Assembly (NCBI RefSeq): GCF_037042905.1
Contig: NC_087245.1
Span: 10,170,001 to 10,234,000, forward strand
Length of the DNA: 64,000 nt
From: Lytechinus pictus
Taxonomy: Eukaryota
Direction: 5' to 3'
Position 1 is the stretch's first letter, and each line of letters starts with the position of its first letter. The notes beneath the pieces are model-generated. The model was not told where the DNA came from, did not search any database, and saw only the letters and a list, made by a program, of their open reading frames with translations. Below, one piece after another: positions 24,057-37,021 of the stretch. The position numbers were made by a program, and so were the translations under genes.

Positions 24057-27000
24057 GTCCATCATTTACAGGACATGATCTCCCAACCAGAAATTAAAAA
24101 AACAAACTTTTCTCCTCCTCCCCCCATAAAAACATAACTAGGCATGGTGTTTGCTTACAGTTTTCTAATTTACAGGTTACCATCGTCCAGTTAGGAATGA
24201 AGAAAATATTATTGTTGAATAAATAAAATAATCTAATCCACCTCCCCCACCACCACAAACCAACAAAACAACCTGAACCCCCCCCCCCCCTTTGCAACCA
24301 TCCAGAGTTGACTGGGCATGCCGTTCACCTACAGTTTAAGGGACTTTGCTCTGTAGGCATCATTCACAGGTCACCATCTCTCAGTCAGGCATAAAAAAAT
24401 CACTACCCCCATCCCCCCCCCTCAAAAATTCAAACACAAGTCACTGGGCATATGCTGTTCACAAAAGGATCAGTATTTACTGGTTATCTTGCAGTTAATA
24501 ATAAATTATTATTGATGACTCATATACTTTCATCACTCCTGCCCCCCTACCCCACAGTGATCCCAAGAAATCAACTGACTGGGCATGTCATTTACCTACA
24601 GTTTAAGAGATTCGGCTGGGTAGGATCATTATTCACAGGTCACCATCTCCCAGTCAGGAATAAAAAACACTATCCCACCCCACCCCACCCCCAAGAAAGC
24701 ACAAGTCACTTGCCATTTCCTTCAACTAAAAAACATTTTCACTGGTTACCATCTTCCAGTTAGGAATAAAGAAAATATTGTATGTATTAACTTAATAATA
24801 TAACTCAATCCCTCCACCTCCCCCCCCCCTCAAAGCTGACTGGGCTACGTTCACTTACATTATAGAGGAGTAAAGGAACTATGAAAAGTAGGCTTATCAT
24901 TCACAGGTCACCATCTGCCAGTCAGAAAAAAAAAACACTCACCCGCACCCCACCCCCCCCCCACAAAAAAAAAATTATCACTGGGCATACTGTTCAATGA
25001 ACAATCATTCTTTGCGGGTTTAATATCTCCCAGGTACGAATAAAGAAAACATTGTTGAATAAAGTAAATTAAATACTCAAATAATCTAACCCCCCACCTT
25101 TTGCAACCATTTCAATAAAGCTGACTGGGTGTGCGGATCACCTATAGTTTAAGGGACTTTGCCCGGTGGGCACATCATTCACAAGTCACCATCTCCCAGC
25201 CAGGAATAAAAAAAATCACTCCCCCAACCCCCTCCCCCCAAAAAATATATTAAACACAAGTCACTGGGCATGCTGTTCACCGAAGGATCATTATTTACTG
25301 GTTATTATCTAGTAGCAGTTAGGAATAAAGCTATTATTGATACTCAATATTGAATAACTTAATAAATACTCTAAAAATTTGATCATTCCTGCCCCTAACC
25401 CCCCCCCCCCCATCCCCCAAAATCAACTGACTGGGCATGCCGTTCTCCTACAGTTTAAGGGACTTGGACCGGTAGGCTCATCATTCACAGGTCACCATCT
25501 CCCAGCCAGGAATAAAAAAAATCACTCCCCAACCCCCTCCCCCCAAAAAATATAATAAACACAAGTCACTGGGCATGCTGTTCACTGAAGGATCATTATT
25601 TACTGGTTATTATCTAGCAGCAGTTAGGAATAAAAATATTATTGACACTTAATATTGAATATCTTAATAAATACTCTAAAAATTTGATCATTCCTGCCCC
25701 CCACCCCCCCCCCCAAATCAACTGACTGGGCATGCCGTTCTCCTACAGTTTAAGGGACTTGGCCCAGTAGGCTCATCATTCACAGGTCACCATCTCCCAG
25801 TCAGGAATAAAAACACTACCCCCACCCCCCCTCCCAAGAAAGCACAAGTCACTTGTCATTTTCTTCACCTAAAAAACATATTGACTGGTTACCATCTCCC
25901 AGTTAGGATAAAGAAAATATTGTCAATATTAACTTAATAAAATAACTCAATCCCTCCACTCCCCCCCCCCCCCCCATCCGTCCAAGCCAAGCTAACTGGG
26001 CTGCATTCACTTACATTATAGAGGAGTAAAGGAACTATGAGTAGGCTTATCATTCACAGGTCACCATCTGCCAGTCAGAAAAAAAAACACTCACCCACAC
26101 CACACCCCCCCCCCCCAAAAAAAAAGTAGTTCAATTAATAATCATTATTTGCTTACCATCTCCCAGTTACGAATAAAGAAAACATTGTTAAATAAAGTAA
26201 ATTAAATACTCAAATAATCTAATCCCCCACCCGATCATTCCCCTCCCCCCTCCCCAGGATCCCCCAGAATCAACTGACTGGGCATGCCGTTCTCCTACAG
26301 TTTAAGGGACTTGGCCCAGTAGGCTCATCATTCACAGGTCACCATCTCCCAGTCAGGAATAAAAACACTTCCCCCACCCCCTCCCAAGAAAGCACAAGTC
26401 ACTTGTCATTTTCTTCACCTAAAAAACATATTGACTGGTTACCATCTCCCAGTTAGGATAAAGAAAATATTGTCAATATTAACTTAATAAAATAACTCAA
26501 TCCCTCCACCTCCCCCCCCCACCCCATCCGTCCTAGCAAAGCTAACTGGGCTGCATTCACTTACATTATAGAGGAGTAAAGGAACTATGAGTAGGCTTAT
26601 CATTCACAGGTCACCATCTGCCAGTCAGAAAAAAAAAATACTCACCCACACCCCACCCCCCCCCAAAAAAAAAAGCACTGGGCTTGCTGTTCAATAAATA
26701 ATCATTATTTGCAGATTACCATCTCCCAGTTACGAATAAAGAAAACATTGTTAAATAAAGTAAATTAAATACTCAAATAATCTAATCCCCCACCCGATCA
26801 TTCCCCCCCCCCCCCCCGGATCCCCCAGAATCAACTGACTGGGCATGCCGTTCTCCTACAATTTAAGGGACTTGGCCCGGTAGGCTCATCATTCACAGGT
26901 CACCATCTCCCATTCAGGAATAAAAACACTACAATAATACAAAGATGACAATAATATTTTTTACAAAAACACCAGAACAACTCAATCCCTCCACCTCCCA

Positions 27001-30000
27001 GCAAAGCTGCCTGTGCTGTGTTCACCTACATTATGAAGGATTAAAGGAACTATGAAAAGTAGGCATACTATTCACAGGTCACCATCAGCCAGTCAGAAAA
27101 AAAAATCACCACCCCCCCCCCCCAAAAAAAAAAAAAGTCACTGGACATGCTGTTCATTGAACGATCATTATTCGCAGGTTATCATCTCCCACAAAAAAGC
27201 ACAAGTCACTGGGCATTTTGTTCACCTAAGATACATATTCACTGGTTCCATCTTCCAGTTAGGAATAGAGAAAATATCATCAATAAAAACTACTAAAATA
27301 ACTCAATCCCTCCACCTCCCCCCCCCCCCCCCACGCATCCAAGCGAAGCTGACTGGGCTGCATTCAACTACATTATGAAGAAGTAAAAGCAATTATGAAA
27401 AGTAAGCTTATCATTCACAGGTCACCATCTGCCAGGAAAATAAACACTCCCCCATAACCCCTCCCCCCACCCTCAGAAAAATTGTCACTGGGCATGCTGT
27501 TCATTGAAGAATCATCATTCGCAGGTTACCATCTCACAATTAAGAAAAAAGAAAATCACTCCCCCAACCCCCTCCCCCCCAAAAAAAATATATTACACAC
27601 AAGTCACTGGGCATGCTGTTCACCCAAGGATCATTATCTACTGGTTATTATCTAGCAGCAGTTAGGAATAAAAATATTATTGATACTTAATATTGAATAT
27701 CTTAATAAATACTCTAAAAATTTGATCATACCTGCCCCAAACCCCCCCCCCCCCCATCCCCCAAAATCAACTGGCTGGGCATGCCGTTCTCCTACAGTTT
27801 AAGGGACTTGGACCGGTAGGCTCATCATTCACAGGTCACCATCTCCCAGCCAGGAATAAAAAAAATCACTCCCCAACCCCCTCCCCCCAAAAAATATAAT
27901 AAACACAAGTCACTGGGCATGCTGTTCACTGAAGGATCATTATTTACTGGTTATTATCTAGCAGCAGTTAGGAATAAAAATATTATTGACACTTAATATT
28001 GAATATCTCAATAAATACTCTAAAAATTTGATCATTCCTGTCCCCCACCCCCCCCCAAAAAAAAAATCAACTGACTGGGCATGCCGTTCTCCTACAGTTT
28101 AAGGGACTTGGCCCAGTAGGCTCATCATTCACAGGTCACCATCTCCCAGTCAGTAATAAAAACACTACCCCCACCCCCTCCCAAGAAAGCACAAGTCACT
28201 TGTCATTTTCTTCACCTAAAATACATATTGACTGGTTACCATCTCCCAGTTAGGATAAAGAAAATATTGTCAATATTAACTTAATAAAATAACTCAATCC
28301 CTCCACTCCCCCCCCCCCCCCATCCGTCCAAGCCAAGCTAACTGGGCTGCATTCACTAACATTATAGAGTAAAGGAACTATGAGTAGGCTTATCATTCAC
28401 AGGTCACCATCTGCCAGTCAGAAAGAAAAAAACACTCACCCACACCCCACCCCCCCCCCACAAAAAAAAAAGCACTGGGCTTGCTGTTCAATGAATAATC
28501 ATCATTTGCAGATTACCATCTCCCAGTTACGAATAAAGAAAACATTGTTAAATAAAGTAAATTAAATACTCAAATAATCTAATCCCCCACCCGATCATTC
28601 CCCCCCCCCCCCGGATCCCCCAGAATCAACTGACTGGGCATGCCGTTCTCCTACAATTTAAGGGACTTGGCCCGGTAGGCTCATCATTCACAGGTCACCA
28701 TCTCCCATTCAGGAATAAAAACACTACAATAATACAAAGATGACAATAATATTTTTTACAAAAACACCAGAACAACTCAATCCCTCCACCTCCCAGCAAA
28801 GCTGCCTGTGCTGTGTTCACCTACATTATGAAGGATTAAAGGAACTATGAAAAGTAGGCATACTATTCACAGGTCACCATCAGCCAGTCAGAAAAAAAAA
28901 TCACCACCCCCCCCCCCCAAAAAAAAAAAAGTCACTGGACATGCTGTTCATTGAACGATCATTATTCGCAGGTTATCATCTCCCACAAAAAAGCACAAGT
29001 CACTGGGCATTTTGTTCACCTAAGATACATATTCACTGGTTCCATCTTCCAGTTAGGAATAGAGAAAATATCATCAATAAAAACTACTAAAATAACTCAA
29101 TCCCTCCACCTCCCCCTCCCCCCCCCACGCATCCAAGCGAAGCTGACTGGGCTGCATTCAACTACATTATGAAGAAGTAAAAGCAATTATGAAAAGTAAG
29201 CTTATCATTCACAGGTCACCATCTGCCAGGAAAATAAACACTCCCCCATAACCCCTCCCCCCACCCTCAGAAAAATTGTCACTGGGCATGCTGTTCATTG
29301 AAGAATCATCATTCGCAGGTTACCATCTCACAATTAAGAAAAAAGAAAATCACTCCCCCAACCCCCTCCCCCCCAAAAAAAATATATTACACACAAGTCA
29401 CTGGGCATGCTGTTCACCCAAGGATCATTATCTACTGGTTATTATCTAGCAGCAGTTAGGAATAAAAATATTATTGATACTTAATATTGAATATCTTAAT
29501 AAATACTCTAAAAATTTGATCATACCTGCCCCAAACCCCCCCCCCCCCCATCCCCCAAAATCAACTGGCTGGGCATGCCGTTCTCCTACAGTTTAAGGGA
29601 CTTGGACCGGTAGGCTCATCATTCACAGGTCACCATCTCCCAGCCAGGAATAAAAAAAATCACTCCCCAACCCCCTCCCCCCAAAAAATATAATAAACAC
29701 AAGTCACTGGGCATGCTGTTCACTGAAGGATCATTATTTACTGGTTATTATCTAGCAGCAGTTAGGAATAAAAATATTATTGACACTTAATATTGAATAT
29801 CTCAATAAATACTCTAAAAATTTGATCATTCCTGTCCCCCACCCCCCCCCCCCAAAAAAAAATCAACTGACTGGGCATGCCGTTCTCCTACAGTTTAAGG
29901 GACTTGGCCCAGTAGGCTCATCATTCACAGGTCACCATCTCCCAGTCAGTAATAAAAACACTACCCCCACCCCCTCCCAAGAAAGCACAAGTCACTTGTC

Positions 30001-31690
30001 ATTTTCTTCACCTAAAATACATATTGACTGGTTACCATCTCCCAGTTAGGATAAAGAAAATATTGTCAATATTAACTTAATAAAATAACTCAATCCCTCC
30101 ACTCCCCCCCCCCCCCCATCCGTCCAAGCCAAGCTAACTGGGCTGCATTCACTTACATTATAGAGTAAAGGAACTATGAGTAGGCTTATCATTCACAGGT
30201 CACCATCTGCCAGTCAGAAAGAAAAAAACACTCACCCACACCCCACCCCCCCCCCCCACAAAAAAAAAAGCACTGGGCTTGCTGTTCAATGAATAATCAT
30301 CATTTGCAGATTACCATCTCCCCAGTTACGAATAAAGAAAACATTGTTAAATAAAGTAAATTAAATACTCAAATAATCTAATCCCCCACCCGATCATTTC
30401 CCCCCCCCCCCCCCCAGGATCCCCCAGAATCAACTGACTGGGCATGCCGTTCTCCTACAATTTAAGGGACTTGGCTTGGTAGGCTCATCATTCACAGGTC
30501 ACCATCTCCCATTCAGGAATAAAAACACTACAATAATACAAAGATGACAATAATATTTTTTACAAAAACACCAGAACAACTCAATCCCTCCACCTCCCCA
30601 GCAAAGCTGCCTGTGCTGTGTTCACCTACATTATGAAGGATTAAAGGAACTATGAAAAGTAGGCATACTATTCACAGGTCACCATCAGCCAGTGAGAAAA
30701 AAAAATCACCACCCCCCCCCAAAAAAAAAAGTCACTGGACATGCTGTTCATTGAACGATCATTATTCGCAGGTTATCATCTCCCACAAAAAAGCACAAGT
30801 CACTGGGCATTTTGTTCACCTAAGATACATATTCACTGGTTCCATCTTCCAGTTAGGAATAGAGAAAATATCATCAATAAAAACTACTAAAATAACTCAA
30901 TCCCTCCACCTCCCCCCCCCCCATGCATCCAAGCAAAGCTGACTGGGCTGCATTCAGCTACATTATGAAGAAGTAAAAACAATTATGAAAAGTAAGCTTA
31001 TCATTCACAGGTCACCATCTGCCAGGAAAATAAACACTCCCCCACAACCCCTCCCCCCACCCTCTCGAAAAATTGTCACTGGGCATGCTGTTCATTGAAG
31101 AATCATCATTCGCAGATTACCATCTCACAATTAGGAAAAAAAGAAAGCATTATTGATGAATAAAGTTATATAAATAATCTAATCCCCATCCCCCGCCAAC
31201 CAACCCAGACAACCTGCCCTCCCCCCCCCCACAACCATCCCAAAAAAGCTGACTGGGCGTGCCGTTCGCCTACAGTTTAAGGAACTTTGCCCGGTAGGCA
31301 CATTATTCACAGGTCACCATCTCCCAGTCAGGAATAAAAAAATCACTCCCTCACCCCCCCCCCCAAAAAAAATGCAAGTCACTGGGCATGCCGTTCACCT
31401 AAGAATCACACTTCACACTGAATACCATCCCATCTCCCAGTTATGGATACTTACTTTAAATACTGAATTTGATAAATACCCCTTCCCCTCCCCCTGGCAA
31501 TGAACCTAACAAACTGACCCCCCCCCCCCTCCCCCGACAACCATCCCAACAAATCTAATTGGCCGTACTATTCACCCACATTAAAAAAAATTATGCCCAG
31601 TAGGATCATCATTCACAATTCAACATTTCCCCATCAGGATTGAAAAAAAAAACACTCCCAAGTTTCCCACTCCCCCCTAAAAGTCACTGG
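24057..31690. repeat. Complex poly-C/poly-A tandem array with ~100-170-bp monomers and a ~1.8-kb higher-order repeat
   Basis: Monomers contain CTGACTGGGCATGCCGTTC...TCATTCACAGGTCACCATCTCCCAG and C-runs. The HOR marker ACTACAATAATACAAAGATGAC lies at 26928, 28723 and 30527. Degenerate monomers extend back to about 23700. Confidence 0.97.
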
Positions 31691-31771
31691 TTAAACTCTA
31701 TAACATACAAAACAAATCAGTAGACGAAAGAGAGTATATAAACAGGGTCCAAGTAATAAATGCATACTTAC

Positions 31772-31900
31772 CATCTGTTCCATTCTGAAAAGGCCTTTAA
31801 GAAGAATGAAACACCAAAATTTTGGCAGATAATCTGATAATATATGAACTTGCTATAGGAAATCTCAAACCATTGCCAACGATCACTTATCTTTGGGGAG
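31772..31900 (-). pseudogene. Symmetric phase 1-1 exon (129 nt; 135 nt with an alternative acceptor)
   Basis: Polypyrimidine tract tctcttcttttcttttgagagatAG, donor G|GTAAGT. Reads APQR*VIVGNGLRFPIASSYIIRLSAKILVFHSS*RPFQNGTD. Confidence 0.55.
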
Positions 31901-32267
31901 CTATCTCTCAAAAGAAAAGAAGAGAGATTGATCACCTTAGTAAATAATCAAATAGTAATGGCTAAAAGATTTTAGAACAGACCCACATTTTGATATCAGA
32001 TTAAATGTCAATGTTTGGCAGTTTCATGCTTCTTAGAGAAATGCAATCCATCTACACAGAATCCACACAGCCCTTTTGTTTTATGTTTCCCTGCAACATA
32101 ATTAAAACAAAAAACACCCATGGTTTGCACGAGGGTGACTCGGCCAGAAAAAACGCCCAAGGAAAATGTTTCATGCTTTAGGCAAGAAACAACCAGAAAC
32201 TTGTGGATTCTGTAATTTGGCCCAAACCCCGAAAGACCATAACAATTGATGCACATGACTTTCTTAC

Positions 32268-32424
32268 CAGTCTGATCCAATGAAATCTGCTTCTCATCCA
32301 TCCAGTGTCGGAACCTGATGCTTGAGTCCTCACACTCTGGATGACAAGCAGGATCCAGAGAAACTTGACTCTAAATACAGATTTCATTCTGTACAATCTT
32401 CACATGAGATCACAGGAGATACCC
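32268..32424 (-). pseudogene. Exon (157 nt), paralogue of 3947-4107, frameshifted
   Basis: Acceptor tttcttgtgttctactttcAG, donor G|GTAAGA. The 5' frame gives VSPVISCEDCTE*NLYL and the 3' frame gives LDPACHPECEDSSIRFRHWMDEKQISLDQT. Confidence 0.75.
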
Positions 32425-33426
32425 CTGAAAGTAGAACACAAGAAAAGAAAGATTAAATCAACTGACCAATGGCATATAGGTGAGGGGATACAATCTGAAG
32501 GAAGAAAGCCTATAGGAGCGCACCCTGGGCAGAATGCCCCAGGGGGCCACTGCCATTGACGAGTGGATACCATGCGTGACCAAAAAAATTATAAAATTGA
32601 TCTCTTTTTAAAGATGGGGCACATTATGTACGCGACGTAATAAGGGTGTCAAAAACACTAAAATAATTTTAAAAGGGTATAAAAAGACTAAAATACCTTA
32701 TAAAGGATGTACTTTTTGCCCCAACACTACATGTTTCAGGTCAAATTTGAGCGAGGTGCGTCGGGTGGTACTAAACCCATTGAAAGTAAAGGTAAGGCCA
32801 ACATCTGTGATCATGTCTGTGAGACCGTGCCATAACAATTACGATATCATTGTACTTCAAGTTGTTTAGGGGGTCCAATCAGGGAATTCCTGTCAAGGGT
32901 ACCATTTTGTTTCCAATACTTGTTCAGGGGTGCATTTTCTGAACATGGAAATTATTTCTTAAAGGCCTGGTCACACCGCCCGAGCGTTGTTGGAGCGGTC
33001 GTGGAGCGGAGAGAAAAAAAATCATCACCGCTCGCTACCGTTCACCAACGTTTAACCAAAGTTGGCCTCCGTTAAGGCAACGCCGAATACGCTTGGCCAC
33101 CGCTGATGGTCCCTCCTACCGCTCCGAAAGTTTTGAGCTGCTCAAAATATTGCGAGCGGTGAGGAGCGGGCAATTTTCCAGTCAAAGTTTGGCACCGCTA
33201 GACAGAAATCTGGAACGCTGGACAACCGCTGCTTCGCCAGCGTTGCCCGGCCGGTGATTAAACGGTTCACAAACTTTGGTGGAGCGGTTGTAAGCGTTTT
33301 CCGAGCGGACACGGGATTGCTGGAACGGTGCTGGGTGTTAGAGTAGCGATCCATTGCGGTGATGAACCTTGGTTTAGCGTTGGTATGGAGGTGTCGGAGC
33401 GGTACCAGAATTTGGCTATAAATACG

Positions 33427-35062
33427 GGGAGAAATGAATAAGGAGCTCATTTGGAATCGAAATGGGCTAATAATCCATGTTTTTTGCATTTACATGAGAA
33501 ACGTTTTGATTTCCGTGGATTTTCATTTAAATTCTATCATCATCATTATGCCCGGTGTCTAAGCTTTAAGTAGATACCAAATTTAGCTGCCTGTTTTTGC
33601 CCGTTTTTATGTTAGAGCCAATTTTACTTGAGACATCACCCTAAAACCTGTTCAAAAACGGTCATTTTTATACCGTGCAGTCATCGCAGCGCACCGTGTG
33701 GGGTGTACATTGCCGTTCATTTTTGCAATTTTGCACGGCGGGGACGATTCCCCTTCCATTCCATGAAATTCTGGGCATAATGTAAACAAAATGAAGGTTG
33801 AAAACGCATATAAGGGCTACCCAGCCCTCTTCCAGAGATAAAGTTACTTGTAGAATAATTTCAGCCAAAAACCCTCATCATAGTAAAACATTCGTTGTGT
33901 TATACAGTGCGTCCAACAAAAAACTAAACCGAGATTTAGCGATGATTTATCATAACTTATTCATAAATACAAAAGACAAATGACCTATCAATGTAAAGCT
34001 TAGAATCTCCTCTTTCATCTGATATTACTTAGATTATTCCTCATTCACGCATGAGTGAGCAAAAACAATTTGAAGAAAGGATACCAAAAAGTCATTTTTG
34101 AATTTCAAAAAGAAATTCACATGCCTAAAAAGTTCAATATCTGCTCTTTTATTTGAAACCTTAATCACTAAAAATGGTTCCCTCGAAACAATGCTTGTAC
34201 ATGTATTTCCATAATTTCATTAAATAAACGTGTTTTCACCGGTTTCCCACAGAAGCTATCGCACGGTTAACAAAAGACATAATGCATGGCTGATCGTCAA
34301 CAAAACAGAGTGTCGAGTGAGTTTGAACGCTAGCCTGTAAAACCTCTTCATTTTATGAAATTATTTAAATTCAAGCCTTTAATTTCAAATAACCAGAACT
34401 TTGTTATTTCTTGACCATTTTCTGTAATAGAGGTATCAAATTAAAGAGCAGATATTAAACTTTTTAAAAATGGGGTTTCATTTTGAAACCCAGATACAGC
34501 CCGCCAAATGACTTTTTGGTATCCCCCTCTTCATATTGTTTTTGCTCACTCATGCGTGAATGAGAAATAATCTAATAATAATCTAGGTCATTTGTCTATT
34601 GTATTTGTGATTAAGTTATGATTAATCATTGATAAATCTCGGTTTCGCTTTTTGTGGGACGCACTGTATACTCTGCGTTTTAACAAAGTCTACACAGCTT
34701 GATAAAGCACGGTTAATATTTTTCAGATTTTTTAGTATTTTTTTAATCTAATGATCGTTTTGATGCCATAAAATTAATTCAGGATCTCATATACACTTTT
34801 TAGGCATGTGAGAAGCATAAACCAACATTCACTCTGATCAATCTTAAAGTAACACATAACACAAAGTTTATGTACTTCACATTGTTTAGCGTAATTTTTC
34901 TTTTCACAAAATTTGGTATCAAAGTGACGTCATATGGGCTTTAAATTATGTTCAGTCGATTCTACGCCCAAAATTACCCTTAATCTACATGTAAAAATGT
35001 AAATAAAAATATAACATGGAAAATAATTTTGGCACACTTTCAACTCATTCTGGCCCACTGTG
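33427..35062. mobile_element. AT-rich insertion with one Transib-like CACAGTG terminus; the other end appears lost
   Basis: Interrupts the Harbinger MITE between TATAAATACG and CGACGCCCG, and ends in CACTGTG at 35056-35062. Confidence 0.45.
33905..34666. mobile_element. Tc1/mariner-like MITE with long TIRs (innermost of the nest)
   Basis: TA|CAGTGCGTCCAACAAAAA ... TTTTTGTGGGACGCACTG|TA. Inverted homology runs about 250 bp in from each end. Confidence 0.92.
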
Positions 35063-36196
35063 CGACGCCCGCATGCGCAGAACTCCGCTCTATCAACGCT
35101 CGAAGTCACCGCTAAACCAACGCTCGCGACCGCTCGCCACCGTTAAACCAACGCTAAAGCTACACTGGCTTCAGCGGTGCACCGCTAAGGCAACACCCAT
35201 GTTTTCTATTTTTTCCCCAATTTTGTGAGCGGTGACGAGCGTTGTCGAAATTCGACCCTCTCTCCCTACCGCTCCACGACCGCTCAAACAACCCTCGGGC
35301 GGTGTGACCAGGCCTTTAGGGTGCTTTTCGAAAGCTCATGGTCATGCATGGTATCCACTGGTCAATGGAAGTGCCCACCCCCCCCCCTGGTGCAGAACGT
35401 TAACACCGCCTAGGCATCAACATATACTGGGGAAGAATTTGCACCAACAGCAAAGGTCAATATCCCAACTGCCTTCCACTGACATATTAAGGAAACTGTT
35501 TTTTTTTCAATTGGCATATTTTTGTCATTTGTCATTTAGTAAGAAATAATTTCACAGGGTTGTGTCCTTTTGTCAGTTCATGGCATCATACATGTAGCTT
35601 TATATTTAGTACAACCATCAAGTACAAAATCAGGATGCGTAGCCCAAATTTTTGGAATGAAGATGTTTAAAAGCAAGTTGAACTTTAACCATGAAACAAT
35701 GACAAATTTTCCTCATTCACTAAAGCCCACCACAACTATGTGATCCGATGCAACGCGATATGTTAATAAATAAAATTTTGCATTTCCAAGAAGTAAAATT
35801 ATTTCATTTGAAGTTCGGCATTATGCTAGAAATAATAAAATGTAGCAGCCAATGATTACACTATTATGATTTAAAATTGAATTTGCTTTTATTTCTACAG
35901 GATTCAAGTCTTGTACTATATACCACCACTCTGAACTGTGATTTTCTAAGATTTCATTGGTCGGAATGTTCATCTCAAATGTTATTAAAATTTCTTTGAA
36001 ACAGGGTTGTATCCTATCGTCAGTGAATAATATCATACACTGCTATTGAGTACAACCATCCAATAGAAAATCAGGTTATGTTATTTGTTTTTTCTTCAAA
36101 GAACTTTTACCAGTCTTCGATAATCTGTTTTCTTTGCATATTTAGGTTAATACAACACAAATGAACACAAGTTCATTGATAAAATACATAATAATA

Positions 36197-37021
36197 CAAG
36201 TGGAGCGCCTATTACAAATTGCAATACACATCACATTCAATAAAGCAGCAAGTGCTGACTTTGAAAATGACTATAGAATAATCATTCATAAAAAACACCA
36301 TCCACATGATGATAAATACTATGTTCATTGACCCTATATGACATTTGACCTTGATCGTGTGACCGAAAACTTGTGCAAGTACTTGATTTCCCCTATGTCC
36401 ACATTTCATGAACTAGATCCATAAACAAATACCCCTAACACTGCCAAAGTTAATTGACCTTGGTCATGTGACCTGAAACTCATGCAGGATGTTCACTGAT
36501 GCTTAATTACTCTTATGTCCAAGTTTCATGAAGTAGATTCATAAACTTTCAAAGTTATGATGGAAATCAACACATACCCCTAGCATGGCCAAAGTTCATT
36601 GACCCTAAATGACCTTTGACCTCAGTCATGTGACCTGAAATTCAAGCAGGATGTTCAGTAATACTTGATTACCCTTATGTCAAAGTTTTATGAGCTAGGT
36701 CTGTATACTTTCTAAGTTACTGTGACATTTCAAAAACTTAATCTTCGGTTAAGATTTTGAAATTGACTACCCCAACATGGTAGAAGTTAATCGACTCTAA
36801 ATGACCTTTGACCTGAGTTACGTGACCTCAACCTCTCAAAGGATTTTCAGTAATACATGGTTATTATGTCCAAGCTTCGTGAACTAGACCCATGTACTTT
36901 CTAAGTTATGATGACATTTCAAAAACTAAACCTTTGGTTAAGATTTGTTGTTGATGACGCCACCGCCGTCGTAAAAGCAGCACCTAAAGTCTCACTCTAG
37001 ATACTATGCAGGCGAGACAAA
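36197..37021 (-). mobile_element. HINE/Helentron family 1
   Basis: Ends CAAGTGGAGCGCCT and ATGCAGGCGAGACAAAAA with tandem TGACCTTTGACC cores; reverse-complement homologue of 43976-44945. Confidence 0.85.

Larger units (their letters stand above)
32963..35315. mobile_element. Harbinger-like MITE nested in 32537-35390
   Basis: TIRs AGGCCTGGTCACACCGCCCGAG / CTCGGGCGGTGTGACCAGGCCT. TTA/TAA target. Many internal GAGCGGT/ACCGCTC motifs. Confidence 0.9.
32537..35390. mobile_element. Non-autonomous EnSpm/CACTA-like element (outer shell of a nest)
   Basis: ~45-bp TIRs CCCCAGGGGGCCACTGCCATTGACGAGTGGATACCATGCGTGACCA / TGGTCATGCATGGTATCCACTGGTCAATGGAAGTGCCCACCCC..TGG. 2-bp TSD TG. Confidence 0.75.

Noticed and set aside
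27052..30942. Repeated Pro/Lys-rich ORFs in the poly-C array
   Set aside because: Homopolymer length differences shift the frame between higher-order units, so there is no coding constraint.
31772..31784. 13-nt micro-exon AATGGAACAGATG using the ttttcAG at 31786-31785
   Set aside because: It fits only the disfavoured signal-peptide frame. The 129/135-nt exon has the stronger polypyrimidine tract and preserves phase.
32178..32396. Signal-peptide-like reading MKSVFRVKFLWILLVIQSVRTQA
   Set aside because: In the paralogue at 3947-4107 this frame is frameshifted and stopped. The alternative frame aligns across both halves of the exon and ends in phase 1 like its neighbours. Disfavoured rather than excluded, since synonymous counts in the 3' half are similar.
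33142..35549. GC-rich ORFs 33142-33489 and 35016-35549 as a possible transposase
   Set aside because: They lie within MITE arms and show no DDE or DNA-binding motifs.
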